A DNA stretch of 64,000 nt from Intrasporangium sp. (GTDB lineage Bacteria; Actinomycetota; Actinomycetes; Actinomycetales; Dermatophilaceae): contig NZ_DATCWX010000255.1 of the NCBI RefSeq assembly GCF_036566125.1, forward strand, positions 2,402-66,401, given 5' to 3'. Each line of letters begins with the position of its first letter. Positions within the stretch are counted from its first letter, which is position 1. A model generated the notes under the pieces. The model saw only the letters and a program-made list of their open reading frames with translations. It searched no databases and had not been told where the DNA came from. Made by a program: the position numbers and the translations under genes. Positions 46,559 through 55,877 of the stretch are shown piece after piece.

Positions 46559-48274
46559 TCAGCTCAGGCCGGTGATGTTGCCCTCCGCATCCACGTCGAT
46601 CCGCTGGGCGTTCGGGGCGGCGGACAGGCCGGGCATGGTCCGCATCTCGCCGCAGATGGCGTAGACGTAGCCGGCGCCGACCGCCGCTCGCACCTCGCGC
46701 ACCGGCATCCGCCAGCCCCGCGGCGCACCCTTGAGCGTCGGATCCGAGGAGATCGACAGGTGCGTCTTGGCGATGACGACCGGCAGGCCACCGAAGCCGA
46801 GGCGCTCGTAGTCCCGCAGGGCCCTCGCCGCTGCCGGGCTCACGTCGATGCCGTCCGCCCCGTAGATCTGCATCGCGATGGCCTCGATCTTCTGCTCCAG
46901 CGGCAGGTCGAGTGGATAGAGGAACTCGAAGCTCGTGTGCTCCCGGGCCGCCTCCATGACGACCTCGGCCAGCTCGATGGCACCGGCGCCGCCCTCGGCC
47001 ACGTGCCTGGTCACGGCGTTGCGCACCCCGATGCCGTTGCAGTAGCGCCGGATCACGTCGTGCTCGGAGTCGTGGTCCTGTGGGAAGGCGTTGATCGCGA
47101 CGACCGGCTGCACGCCGAACCTGCGCACGATCTCGATGTGCTTGCGCAGGTTGGGCAGCCCGGCCTGGACGTCAGTGGGATTCTCGTCGAGCAGGCCGGG
47201 AGGCAGCGGCTTGCCGGGCCGGATGAGGTAGTTGCCCGAGTGCGACTTGAGCGCACGCACCGTGACGACAATGACCGCGACGTCGGGCTTGAGCCCGCTC
47301 ACGCGGCACTTGACGTTGAAGAACCGCTCAGCGCCCATGTCCGCGCCGAACCCGGCCTCGGTGATGGCGTAGTCGCTGCCCTGGATGGCGATGAGATCGG
47401 CGGTGACCGATGAGGTGCCGGTCGCGATGTTGCCGAACGGGCCGCAGTGGATGATGGCGGGACCGCCCTCGAGGGTCTGCAGTAGGTTCGGCTTGATCGC
47501 GTCCTTGAGCATCGCGGCCATCGCCCCCGCGGCGCCGAGGTCCTCGGCGGTGACGCTCTTGCCCTCGGTGGTGTAGCCGATGACGATGCGGCCGAGACGC
47601 TGCCGCAGGTCGGAGAGCGACTTGGCGAGCGTGAGCAGCACCATGATCTCGCTGGCGGCCGTGATGTCGAAGCCGGTCTCGCGCGGCACACCGTCCTCAC
47701 GGGCTCCCAGGCCGATGACGACGTTGCGCAACGATCGGTCGTTGACGTCGAGGACCCGGCGCCAGGTGATGTTGCGGACGTCGATGCCGAGGGCGTTGCC
47801 CTGGTGCAGATGGTTGTCGACCATCGCGGCGAGCAGGTTGTGCGCTGCGGTGATGGCGTGGAAGTCGCCCGTGAGGTGCATGTTGAGCCGCTCCATCGGG
47901 ACGACCTGGCTGTACCCGCCGCCGGCGGCGCCGCCCTTGATCCCGAATGTCGGGCCCATCGATGGCTGGCGTAGCGCGACGACCGCCCGTTTCCCGAGGC
48001 GCTGGAGGCCCTGGGCCAGGCCCACCGACGTGGTCGTCTTGCCCTCACCGAGGGGTGTCGGCGTCACTGCCGTGACGACGACGTACTTTCCAGCCGATGC
48101 CGTATGCCGCTGGGCTGGCTCGTCGAGGAACGCGAGGTCGATCTTGGCGACGTCCCGGCCGTAGGGCTCGAGGTGCTCCGGCGAGATGCCGAGCTGGGCG
48201 CCGATCTCGTCCATCGGCCGCAGGGTTGCCGCGGAGGCGATGTCGAGGTCTGAGGGAAACGGCGTGGTGGTCAT
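46559..48274 (-). CDS. fhs: formate--tetrahydrofolate ligase
   Basis: Start at MTTTPFPSDLDIA. VTAVTPTPLGEGKTTTSVGL, and the 571 aa length fits the family. Confidence 0.95.
   Translation of the reverse strand: MTTTPFPSDLDIASAATLRPMDEIGAQLGISPEHLEPYGRDVAKIDLAFLDEPAQRHTASAGKYVVVTAVTPTPLGEGKTTTSVGLAQGLQRLGKRAVVALRQPSMGPTFGIKGGAAGGGYSQVVPMERLNMHLTGDFHAITAAHNLLAAMVDNHLHQGNALGIDVRNITWRRVLDVNDRSLRNVVIGLGAREDGVPRETGFDITAASEIMVLLTLAKSLSDLRQRLGRIVIGYTTEGKSVTAEDLGAAGAMAAMLKDAIKPNLLQTLEGGPAIIHCGPFGNIATGTSSVTADLIAIQGSDYAITEAGFGADMGAERFFNVKCRVSGLKPDVAVIVVTVRALKSHSGNYLIRPGKPLPPGLLDENPTDVQAGLPNLRKHIEIVRRFGVQPVVAINAFPQDHDSEHDVIRRYCNGIGVRNAVTRHVAEGGAGAIELAEVVMEAAREHTSFEFLYPLDLPLEQKIEAIAMQIYGADGIDVSPAAARALRDYERLGFGGLPVVIAKTHLSISSDPTLKGAPRGWRMPVREVRAAVGAGYVYAICGEMRTMPGLSAAPNAQRIDVDAEGNITGLS
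48102..48111 (-). repeat. CAGCGGCATAC dispersed repeat copy
   Basis: gatgccGTATGCCGCTgggctggctcgtc. Inside fhs (minus strand), read as E-P-A-Q-R-H-T-A-S just before the conserved GKYVVVTAVTPTP. Confidence 0.85.
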
Positions 48275-48371
48275 GCTCCGATCCAACCGCACCTTTGCGG
48301 CTCGCGGCGTGTTCTCCACAGTGGCGGAGAGCCGTGGGCGAAGTCCGAGTGGGTCGGAATACCCTGAGCCA

Positions 48372-50612
48372 ATGGCCCCGCGACCGACGCTCGACCAGCT
48401 CCTGCATGCAGCCGTCGCCGCGGTTGGCGGGACAGAGCGCCCGGGGCAGGTGGAGATGGCGCGAGCCGTCACCGCGGCGATCGAGCGGGAGGAGCACCTC
48501 CTCGTCCAGGCCGGCACCGGGACCGGCAAGTCCCTGGCCTATCTCGTGCCTGCGGTAGCTCATGCCTTCGACACAGGGCGGCCCGCCGTCGTGGCGACGG
48601 CCACGCTGGCACTCCAGGCACAGATCGTCGACCGCGACATGCCTCGTGTGGCGACCGCTCTGGAGCCCCTCCTCGGCAGGCGCCCGACCTATGCCCTCGT
48701 GAAGGGGCGCCGCAACTACGTGTGCGTCAACAAGATCGAGGGCGGGTTCCCGGACGAGGATGACGGGTTGCTCTCCGTCGCAGCGGTCGACGCGAGCGCC
48801 GGACGGCTCGGACAGGAGGTCGTCCGCCTGCGGGCGTGGGCGTCCGAGACCGAGTCGGGTGACCGGGACGAGCTCGTGCCAGGGGTGCCGGAAAGGGCTT
48901 GGCGCCAGGTCTCCGTCTCGGCGCACGAGTGCCTGGGCAGCAAGTGCCCCTTCGTCGCCGAGTGCTTCGTCGAGCGGGCCAGGGCGGCGGCCAAGGAAGT
49001 CGACGTCATCGTCACGAACCACTCGTTCATGGCGATCGACGCGTTCGAGGGACGCCAGATGCTCCCGGAGCACGACCTGCTCGTCATCGACGAGGCCCAT
49101 GAGCTCGTCGACCGGGTCACCGCGACGATCACCGATGAGCTCACCGGAGCGATGGTCAAGACCGCGGCGAAGAAGACCGGTCGCCTCTCGGAGAACACCC
49201 AGCCGCTCGACGAGGCGGGTGACCTGCTCGCGTCGGCCCTCGAGCCGATGGAGGAAGGCCGGCTGCTTGGCCTGCCCGACTCGGTGTCCCTCGCGCTGGC
49301 GCGCATCCGCGACTCGGCGCGCGTCGTCCAGTCCGATCTCAAGCCGACACCAGGACAGGACGCCGACGGTGCACAGCAGGTGGCGCGAGCCGCTGTCGAG
49401 GAGGTCCACGAGAACGCCGAGCGGATCCTCGAGGAGCGCGAGCTCGACGTCGTCTGGCTCGGCCAGGACCCACGGCGCGGGCCGGTCCTCCATGTGGCGC
49501 CCATGAGCGTGGCCATGCTCGTGCGCGACAAGATCTTCAGCGACCGCACCGTCGTCCTGACGTCCGCCACCCTCGAGCTCGGCGGGACCTTTGACGCCGT
49601 GGCCGGCACGATCGGGCTGCGAGGCGAGGGCGCGCCGGCCTGGCGTGGGCTGGACGTGGGCAGCCCCTTCGACTACCCGAAGCAGGCCATCGCCTATGTC
49701 GCAGCCCACCTGCCCCCGCCCGGGCGGGACGGCGCGAGCGACGAGAGCCTGGACGAGATCGAGCAGCTCGTCCGCGCCGCCGGCGGACGCACTCTCGGGC
49801 TCTTCTCGTCCACCCGGGCGGCGCAGACCGCGGCCGAGGTGATGCGGGCGCGCCTGGGTGACGACATCCCCATCCTGTGCCAGGGCGAGGACCAGATCTC
49901 CACGCTCGTGCGCCAGTTCGCCCGCGATCCGCGCACGTGCCTCTTCGGCACGCTCACCCTCTGGCAAGGGGTGGACGTGCCGGGCTCGTCCTGCCAGCTC
50001 GTCATCATCGACCGCATCCCGTTCCCACGCCCCGACGACCCGCTCGCGTCGGCGCGCTCGCAGGCCATCGCGCGGATGGGCGGCAACGGCTTCATGGCTG
50101 TCTCGGCCACGCACGCCGCGCTGCGTCTCGCACAGGGCGCCGGTCGTCTAGTACGCCGGGGCGACGACCGCGGCGTCGTCGCGTTCCTCGACTCGCGGAT
50201 GATGTCGGCGCGATACGCCGGCTTCCTCCAGCGGTCCCTGCCGCCCTTCTGGCCGACGACCGACAAGGGGATGGTCCTCGCGGCGCTGACGCGGCTGGAC
50301 GAGACAGCCCCCGCGCCGCTGACCGTGGAGGAACCGGTTCTGCGCTCACTGACCGGGGCCCGCACCGATCAGGACGGGACCGAGCACCCGCGGCCGGTCG
50401 CACCGCCACCGCCGGTCGCGGACTCCGCGAGGAGCGGGGTGACGAGCGGCCACGCGTGGACCGACGAGCAGGACGAGGAGCTCCGGGACGCAGCCGAGTC
50501 GGGGATGCTCCTGGACGAGCTCGTGGACCACTTCGAGCTTCCCGAGGCGGCCATCGCGGCCAGGGCGGACCAGCTCGGCCTCACCCTGGCCACGGGCCAG
50601 CTGTTCGACTGA
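48372..50612 (+). CDS. dinG: DinG/Rad3-like ATP-dependent DNA helicase
   Basis: RPGQVEMARAV, Walker A QAGTGTGKS, DEAH box VIDEAH, a Cys-rich Fe-S-like insert (CLGSKCPFVAEC) and QGAGRLVR. Confidence 0.85.
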   Translation: MAPRPTLDQLLHAAVAAVGGTERPGQVEMARAVTAAIEREEHLLVQAGTGTGKSLAYLVPAVAHAFDTGRPAVVATATLALQAQIVDRDMPRVATALEPLLGRRPTYALVKGRRNYVCVNKIEGGFPDEDDGLLSVAAVDASAGRLGQEVVRLRAWASETESGDRDELVPGVPERAWRQVSVSAHECLGSKCPFVAECFVERARAAAKEVDVIVTNHSFMAIDAFEGRQMLPEHDLLVIDEAHELVDRVTATITDELTGAMVKTAAKKTGRLSENTQPLDEAGDLLASALEPMEEGRLLGLPDSVSLALARIRDSARVVQSDLKPTPGQDADGAQQVARAAVEEVHENAERILEERELDVVWLGQDPRRGPVLHVAPMSVAMLVRDKIFSDRTVVLTSATLELGGTFDAVAGTIGLRGEGAPAWRGLDVGSPFDYPKQAIAYVAAHLPPPGRDGASDESLDEIEQLVRAAGGRTLGLFSSTRAAQTAAEVMRARLGDDIPILCQGEDQISTLVRQFARDPRTCLFGTLTLWQGVDVPGSSCQLVIIDRIPFPRPDDPLASARSQAIARMGGNGFMAVSATHAALRLAQGAGRLVRRGDDRGVVAFLDSRMMSARYAGFLQRSLPPFWPTTDKGMVLAALTRLDETAPAPLTVEEPVLRSLTGARTDQDGTEHPRPVAPPPPVADSARSGVTSGHAWTDEQDEELRDAAESGMLLDELVDHFELPEAAIAARADQLGLTLATGQLFD

Positions 50613-50808
50613 CGGCGCCTCCAACCCCCGGTGCTCTCACAGCCGGTCAACCACGACAACCTGCTGCGCACCATCGGACAGGTCTTCGGTCATGAACCGT
50701 TCGACGGCGGCCATCGTCTGCTGTGAAGTGCGGATCGAGTGACTGATATCACACTGACTTACGCTGGGGGAGTCGGAGGCATCCGACCTCCGGGAATGGA
50801 GGCGGACC

Positions 50809-51018
50809 ATGAGTCGCATGGTAGGGCTGGTGCTGGGCGCCGTCTTCGTCGTCCTCGGGCTCGTCTGGTTCGGTCAGGGGATGGGCTGGATCGGCGGGAG
50901 CGGCATGTCGGGTGTCAGGCTCTGGGCGGTGATCGGCCCCATCCTCGCCGCCGTCGGCGTCGTCCTGGTCGTGGGCAGCCTGCGTCCCGTTCGGGTTGGT
51001 CGGCATCGCGACCCGTGA
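50809..51018 (+). CDS. small two-TM membrane protein (hypothetical)
   Basis: 69 aa with two hydrophobic helices. GGAGG lies 10 nt upstream. No recognisable family. Confidence 0.35.
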   Translation: MSRMVGLVLGAVFVVLGLVWFGQGMGWIGGSGMSGVRLWAVIGPILAAVGVVLVVGSLRPVRVGRHRDP

Positions 51019-51079
51019 ATCGGCCAACCCGGTGACCGGGGATGTCGGAGTGTCTGAACCGCATGGCAGGGTTGGCGCC

Positions 51080-52039
51080 ATGACCGAAACGGCCGTTCCC
51101 TCCCTCGTCCTCGTGAGCGGACCCGAGGACGTGCTCGTCGAGCGGGCGGTCGCGAGCGTCGTTACGGACGCCAAGGCGTCGGGCGCCGAGGTGATCCGGG
51201 TCGAGGCCGCCGGCTACGAGCCCGGTTCGCTCATCCTCCATGCAAGCCCGTCCCTCTTCGGCGGGACGAAGTGCATCGTCGTCAAGGGGCTGCACGAGTC
51301 GCCGGACGAGCTCCAGGTCGACCTGCTCTCTCTCTTGGGAGCGCCGCTCGAGGACGTGTCCCTCGTCGTGACCCACGGCGGCGGGATGAAGGGCAAGAAG
51401 GTCCTCGACACCCTCAAGAAGCAGCAGGCGAAGCTCATCGAGTGCCCGGCGATCAAGTCCGACCGGGACAAGTCGGACTTCGTCACGAAGGAGTTCGCCC
51501 AGGCGCGACGCAGGATCACGAGCGACGGTGTCCGCGCCCTCGTCGAGGCGGTCGGCAAGGACGTGCGCGAGCTCGCAGCGGCGTGCAGCCAACTCATCGC
51601 GGACACCGAGGGCACCGTCGATGACGCGATCGTGGACACCTACCACGGCGGCAAGGTGGAAGCGAGCGGCTTCCGTGTCGCGGACGCGGCGATCGCCGGC
51701 CAGGCCGGGGAGGCGCTTCGGCTGCTGCGCCATGCCATCGCCAGCGGTCTCGACCCGGTGCCCATCGTTGCGGTGCTCGCCTCCCAGTTGCGCCAGCTCA
51801 TCAAGGTCGGCTCCGCGGGGCGGGGCAGCTCCGCGCAGGTCGCCAAGAGCCTGAGCCTGGCGCCCTGGCAGGTCGACCGGGCCCGTCGTGCCGTGACGCA
51901 CTGGAGCCCCGAGGGGCTTGCGGTCGCCGTGCAGGCCGTGGCGGCGGCCGACTTCGAGGTCAAGGGTGGCGGGCGCGATCCCGTGTACGCGGTGGAGCGG
52001 GCGATCCTCACCATCACCCGAGCCCGCGCGGCGCAGTGA
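51080..52039 (+). CDS. holA: DNA polymerase III subunit delta
   Basis: LVLVSGPEDVLVERAV, SPSLFGGTKCIVVKG, a C-terminal helical domain and adjacency to rpsT. Confidence 0.85.
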   Translation: MTETAVPSLVLVSGPEDVLVERAVASVVTDAKASGAEVIRVEAAGYEPGSLILHASPSLFGGTKCIVVKGLHESPDELQVDLLSLLGAPLEDVSLVVTHGGGMKGKKVLDTLKKQQAKLIECPAIKSDRDKSDFVTKEFAQARRRITSDGVRALVEAVGKDVRELAAACSQLIADTEGTVDDAIVDTYHGGKVEASGFRVADAAIAGQAGEALRLLRHAIASGLDPVPIVAVLASQLRQLIKVGSAGRGSSAQVAKSLSLAPWQVDRARRAVTHWSPEGLAVAVQAVAAADFEVKGGGRDPVYAVERAILTITRARAAQ

Positions 52040-52047
52040 CCGGGCCC

Positions 52048-52057
52048 AGCGGCATAC
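52048..52057 (+). repeat. CAGCGGCATAC dispersed repeat copy
   Basis: gaccgggcccAGCGGCATACggcc. Intergenic, 9 nt after the holA stop. Confidence 0.85.
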
Positions 52058-52249
52058 GGCCTCGTCTGGCTCGGCCAGTTTGGAGGCGGCGCTGAGCCGC
52101 TGGTAACTTTGTGCCTTGCGTGCGCGCTCAGGTCGTGCGCGTATGCATGCAGCAATCCAGAGCAGCTCACGCAAGGGTGCCCCACGCCCGGTCCCGAGCA
52201 GCTTTGCCGCCCTCTAACGGCAACCATTCCGACCAAGAAAGTACGTCAC

Positions 52250-52510
52250 GTGGCAAACATCAAGTCGCAGCTCAAGCGCATCAAGACCAACCAGAAGCGC
52301 ACCGAGCGCAACCGGGCGGTAAAGAGCGAGCTTCGCACGTGGGTCCGCAAGTTCCGCGAGGCTGCCGCCTCCGGTGACAAGGACGCCGCCGCCGACGCCC
52401 TGAAGACCGCCTCGAAGAAGCTCGACAAGGCCGTGTCGAAGGGTGTCATCCACAAGAACCAGGCCGCCAACAAGAAGTCGGCCATGGCCAAGAAGGCTGC
52501 GTCCCTCTGA
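52250..52510 (+). CDS. rpsT: 30S ribosomal protein S20
   Basis: GTG start gives [30 protein letters not shown]. 86 aa. Confidence 0.95.
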   Translation: MANIKSQLKRIKTNQKRTERNRAVKSELRTWVRKFREAAASGDKDAAADALKTASKKLDKAVSKGVIHKNQAANKKSAMAKKAASL

Positions 52511-52532
52511 CGCGATCATCGAACGTTTCACC

Positions 52533-52562
52533 GAGCCCCTCGCCCGATCGGGCGGGGGGCTC
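52533..52562. terminator. terminator hairpin between rpsT and the convergent gene
   Basis: 13-bp stem GAGCCCCTCGCCC / GGGCGGGGGGCTC with one mismatch and loop GATC. Confidence 0.7.
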
Positions 52563-52575
52563 AGTGCGTACCCGC

Positions 52576-53100
52576 TCAGCTGTAGTGGGTGCGCACGGCT
52601 GCGATGACGTCCTTGTAGCGGTTGAGTGACAGGACGGCGCCCTCCCGGCGCACATACGCCGGGTCGAGCCGAAGCAGGCGGTTGACGCGCACCTCGCTCG
52701 AGCGTCCGCGGTGGTCCCACGCCCCGGTCCCGATGTCGATCCACTCGCGACCGGCGCGGCGCTCCTGGTCCTCGTCCCGGTCGTGGTCCTGACTCGTCAG
52801 CTGCAGCCCGATGAGCAGGTTCCCCTCGCGCCCGATGACGAGGACGGGACGGTCCTTGCCGCGGGCGTGGTCCTCCTCGTACGGCACCCACGCCCAGACG
52901 ATCTCACCCGGGTCCGGCGCACCGTCGGGATTCGGCGCGTACGTCATGTCGGGCAGCGTCGTCGCGTCTCCCAGATAGGGGGCGTATGCCGCTGGGCTCG
53001 CTTCCGACGGATGCCGCCGGGCGGGTGCCCCGCCCCGCTTCGTCGTTGCTCGGGTGAGGCTGCGCAGTGCAGTTTTGATCCGCGCCAGGGTTGACGACAT
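52576..53100 (-). CDS. PemK/MazF-like (SH3-fold) growth-inhibitor family protein, solitary
   Basis: GEIVWAWVPYEEDHARGKDRPVLVIGREG core preceded by a ~50-aa basic tail. No adjacent antitoxin ORF is apparent. The family call is from memory. Confidence 0.5.
   Translation of the reverse strand: MSSTLARIKTALRSLTRATTKRGGAPARRHPSEASPAAYAPYLGDATTLPDMTYAPNPDGAPDPGEIVWAWVPYEEDHARGKDRPVLVIGREGNLLIGLQLTSQDHDRDEDQERRAGREWIDIGTGAWDHRGRSSEVRVNRLLRLDPAYVRREGAVLSLNRYKDVIAAVRTHYS
52984..52993 (-). repeat. CAGCGGCATAC dispersed repeat copy
   Basis: gggcGTATGCCGCTgggctcgcttcc. Inside the N-terminal tail of the PemK-like ORF, read as S-P-A-A-Y-A. Confidence 0.85.
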
Positions 53101-53192
53101 GGGGCCAACGGTAATGAGTGATGGTCGGCGCCCCAGGCCGGAGGGTTGTTCCGCTTTGAAGAACAGGTGTCAGGGCACCACTCGGGGTGCCC

Positions 53193-53211
53193 TAAGGTAA
53201 GCATGTCCTAA
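53193..53211. promoter_or_regulatory. possible IdeR/DtxR iron box
   Basis: TAAGGTAAGCATGTCCTAA matches the recalled consensus TTAGGTTAGSCTAACCTAA at 14/19. It ends 28 nt upstream of the iron-ABC binding protein start. Confidence 0.35.
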
Positions 53212-53238
53212 CTTGACCCCTATGGGCAGGAGCAGCAC

Positions 53239-54270
53239 GTGCACCTTCGCCGTTTCCTCAGCGCGTCCGTCGCGGCGCTCGCCGTTCTTGGTGCCGCAGC
53301 GTGCGGCGGCAGCGACGGCCCGACCGACACGACCGAGGGTGCGGACCTGGTCATCTACAGCGGCCGGAGCGAGTCCCTCGTCGCGGGTGTGCTGGAGGAC
53401 CTCGAGCAGCAGACCGGTGTCAAGGTCGGGGTGCGCTACGCGGGCTCGAGCGAGCTCGCGGCGCAGCTGCTCGAGGAAGGAGAGGCCACCAAGGCGGACC
53501 TGTTCTTCAGTCAGGACGCCGGTGCGCTCGGCGCGCTGGCGAAGGCCGGCCGGCTCGAGCCGCTCGACCCGGCGGCGTCCGAGCAGGTGATCGACGGCTT
53601 CGCGGATCCGGGCGGTCTGTGGGTCGGGACGTCAGCTCGGGCGCGCGTCATCGCGTTCAACCCGCAGCAGGCTCCGGAGGTCGAGCAGATGACCTCCGTC
53701 GATGCCGTCCTCGACCCGAAGTACAAGGGCAAGATCGGCTACGCGCCGGCCAACGCGTCCTTCCAGGCCTTCGTCACCGCGCTGCGCGTGGCCAAGGGCG
53801 AGGACGGCGCCAAGGAGTGGCTGACGAAGTTCAAGGCGAACGAGCCGCGCAAGTACGACAACAACGTCCTGATCCTCGATGGTGTCGACAAGGGCGAGGT
53901 CGCGCTGGGCCTGATCAACCACTACTACTGGTACGAGCGGGTCGCCGAGAAGGGCGCCGACGCGGTCACGGCCCAGATCCACTTCCTTGGTGCCGACGAC
54001 CCGGGCGCGCTGATCAACGTGGCCGGCGTTGGGATCCTCAAGGGCACCGACCAGAAGGCAGCCGCTGAGAAGGCGGTGAACTACCTGTTGTCGGATGAGG
54101 CGCAGCAGTACTTCGCCGATGAGACCGCCGAGTACCCCGTCATCGAGGGCATCACCTCGAAGCACGACCTGCCGCCGCTCGCCGAGCTGGAGAAGTCGAG
54201 CATCGACCTCAACGAGCTCGACTCCCTCGAGACGACCCTGGCCATGCTGAACGAGGTGGGACTGACCTGA
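53239..54270 (+). CDS. iron(III) ABC transporter substrate-binding lipoprotein (FbpA/AfuA-like)
   Basis: Lipobox LGAAAC|GG. VIYSGRSESL and INHYYWY motifs. Confidence 0.85.
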   Translation: MHLRRFLSASVAALAVLGAAACGGSDGPTDTTEGADLVIYSGRSESLVAGVLEDLEQQTGVKVGVRYAGSSELAAQLLEEGEATKADLFFSQDAGALGALAKAGRLEPLDPAASEQVIDGFADPGGLWVGTSARARVIAFNPQQAPEVEQMTSVDAVLDPKYKGKIGYAPANASFQAFVTALRVAKGEDGAKEWLTKFKANEPRKYDNNVLILDGVDKGEVALGLINHYYWYERVAEKGADAVTAQIHFLGADDPGALINVAGVGILKGTDQKAAAEKAVNYLLSDEAQQYFADETAEYPVIEGITSKHDLPPLAELEKSSIDLNELDSLETTLAMLNEVGLT

Positions 54271-54296
54271 GCGAGCTGACGACGACCGAGCGACCG

Positions 54297-55877
54297 GTGG
54301 CCGATCCGGCCACCGGCCCGGTCGACGCTGCTCCCGGTCGAGAGGGCCACGGGCGCCCCCCGTGGTGGCTCGTCGTCCCGGCCCTCGCGGGCGCTGCCCT
54401 CGCCGTCCTGCCGCTCGGCTACCTGCTGGTCCGTACCTTCGAGGCGGGGCCGGACCGGATCCTCGAGATCCTCACCCGTCCCGGCACGCTCGCGCTCATC
54501 GGCCGCAGCCTGGGCCTGGCCGTCGTCGTCACCGGGCTCTGCCTCGTCATCGGGATCGGTCTGGCCGCGCTCGTGACCCGCACGGCGATGCCCGGTCGTC
54601 GAGTCTTTGCCGTGCTGGCGCCGCTGCCGCTGGCGATCCCTAGCTATGTCGCCGCGTTCGCCTGGGTGGCTGCGGTGCCGTGGGCGCGCGGGTTCCTCGG
54701 AGCGACCATCGTCCTGACCGCCTGTACGTTTCCCTACGTGTACCTGCCGGTCATGGCGGCGATGCGGGCGGTGGACCCGGCGCAGGAGGAGGTCTCCCGG
54801 AGCCTGGGACGCTCTGCGTGGCGCACCTTCTGGACGGTGACGGCACGGCAGGTCTGGCCGGCGGCGGCGTCAGGTGGCCTGCTCGTGGCGCTGTACACGC
54901 TCAGTGACTTCGGGGCGGTGTCGATCCTGCAGTACGACGTGTTCACCCGGGTCATCCACACCTCCTACACCGCGACCTTCGACCGGACGCCGGCGGCGGT
55001 CCTGTCGACGCTGCTGGTGGTCATCACCGTCATCATCGCCGTGGGCGAGCGGTGGACCCGCCGGCCGGTCGAGCAGACCCGGCTCGGTGGTGGGGTCTCG
55101 AGGCGCCCGGAGCTGCATCGGCTCGGCTCGCTGGGGCCGGTTGCGTCGGTGGCCGTCGGCGCCGTTCTCGTCGTCGCCCTGGTCTTCCCGGTCGCGTCGC
55201 TGCTCTACTGGTTCGCCACCGGCCTGTCCGCCGGCATCGACACCGAGCGGCTGCTCACGAGCACCGGCACGACCCTGTTCCTGGCCGTCCTCGGCGCCGC
55301 CGCGACGATGGCCTTCGCCATCCCCATCGGGGTGCTCGTCGCGCGGCACCGCAGCCGATCGAGCGCCGTCATCGAGACCGCGACCTGGGCGGGCCATGCC
55401 CTGCCCGGCATCGTGGTCGCCCTCGCCCTCGTCTTCTTCGGTGTTCGCGTCGCCCAACCGATCTACCAGCAGACGCCGCTGCTGCTCATTGCCTATGCCG
55501 TCCTCTTCCTGCCTGCCGGCATCGGGGCCGTGCGAGGCGCCGTCGCGATGAGCTCGCCGCGCATCGAGGAGGTCGCCCGGTCCCTCGGCAGCTCACCGCT
55601 GGCGGTCCTGCGCCGGGTCACGATCCCGCTCGCCGCCCCGGGTATCGCCGCCGGGACCGCCCTCGTCCTGCTGACGATCATGAAGGAGCTGCCCGCGACG
55701 CTGCTCCTGCGCCCGACCGGCGCCAACACCTTGGCCACGAGCCTGTGGACCGAGACCGGAGTCGCCGCCTACGCCGCTGCCGCGCCGTATGCGCTCGCCC
55801 TCGTCCTGCTCGCCGTGCTGCCCACGCTGTGGCTCATGCGGGCGCAAGGACGATTCACCGCAACGGAGGACCTGTGA
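54297..55877 (+). CDS. iron ABC transporter permease (fused two-domain FbpB type)
   Basis: 526 aa and ~12 TM helices. Two EAA-like loops (EEVSRSLGRSAW and EEVARSLGSSPL). Confidence 0.9.
   Translation: MADPATGPVDAAPGREGHGRPPWWLVVPALAGAALAVLPLGYLLVRTFEAGPDRILEILTRPGTLALIGRSLGLAVVVTGLCLVIGIGLAALVTRTAMPGRRVFAVLAPLPLAIPSYVAAFAWVAAVPWARGFLGATIVLTACTFPYVYLPVMAAMRAVDPAQEEVSRSLGRSAWRTFWTVTARQVWPAAASGGLLVALYTLSDFGAVSILQYDVFTRVIHTSYTATFDRTPAAVLSTLLVVITVIIAVGERWTRRPVEQTRLGGGVSRRPELHRLGSLGPVASVAVGAVLVVALVFPVASLLYWFATGLSAGIDTERLLTSTGTTLFLAVLGAAATMAFAIPIGVLVARHRSRSSAVIETATWAGHALPGIVVALALVFFGVRVAQPIYQQTPLLLIAYAVLFLPAGIGAVRGAVAMSSPRIEEVARSLGSSPLAVLRRVTIPLAAPGIAAGTALVLLTIMKELPATLLLRPTGANTLATSLWTETGVAAYAAAAPYALALVLLAVLPTLWLMRAQGRFTATEDL

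Noticed and set aside
48275-48371. ZTP (pfl-motif) riboswitch in the fhs leader.
   Set aside because: fhs is a classic ZTP target, but the 97-nt leader lacks the conserved CCGCCUGGGC-type 3' subdomain and the GGGUCGUGAC-like 5' core.
50637-50819. 60-aa minus-strand ORF between the dinG-like helicase gene and the small membrane protein gene.
   Set aside because: No Shine-Dalgarno or family signature, and Ser/Arg-rich composition. It overlaps the putative promoter and SD of the plus-strand small ORF.
52576-53100. Solitary PemK/MazF-like ORF as a toxin-antitoxin or defence module.
   Set aside because: No upstream antitoxin-sized ORF is present. The gene abuts a terminator on one side and the iron-operon promoter on the other. 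As I recall, this fold is a widespread conserved actinobacterial single gene, so there is no evidence of a system.
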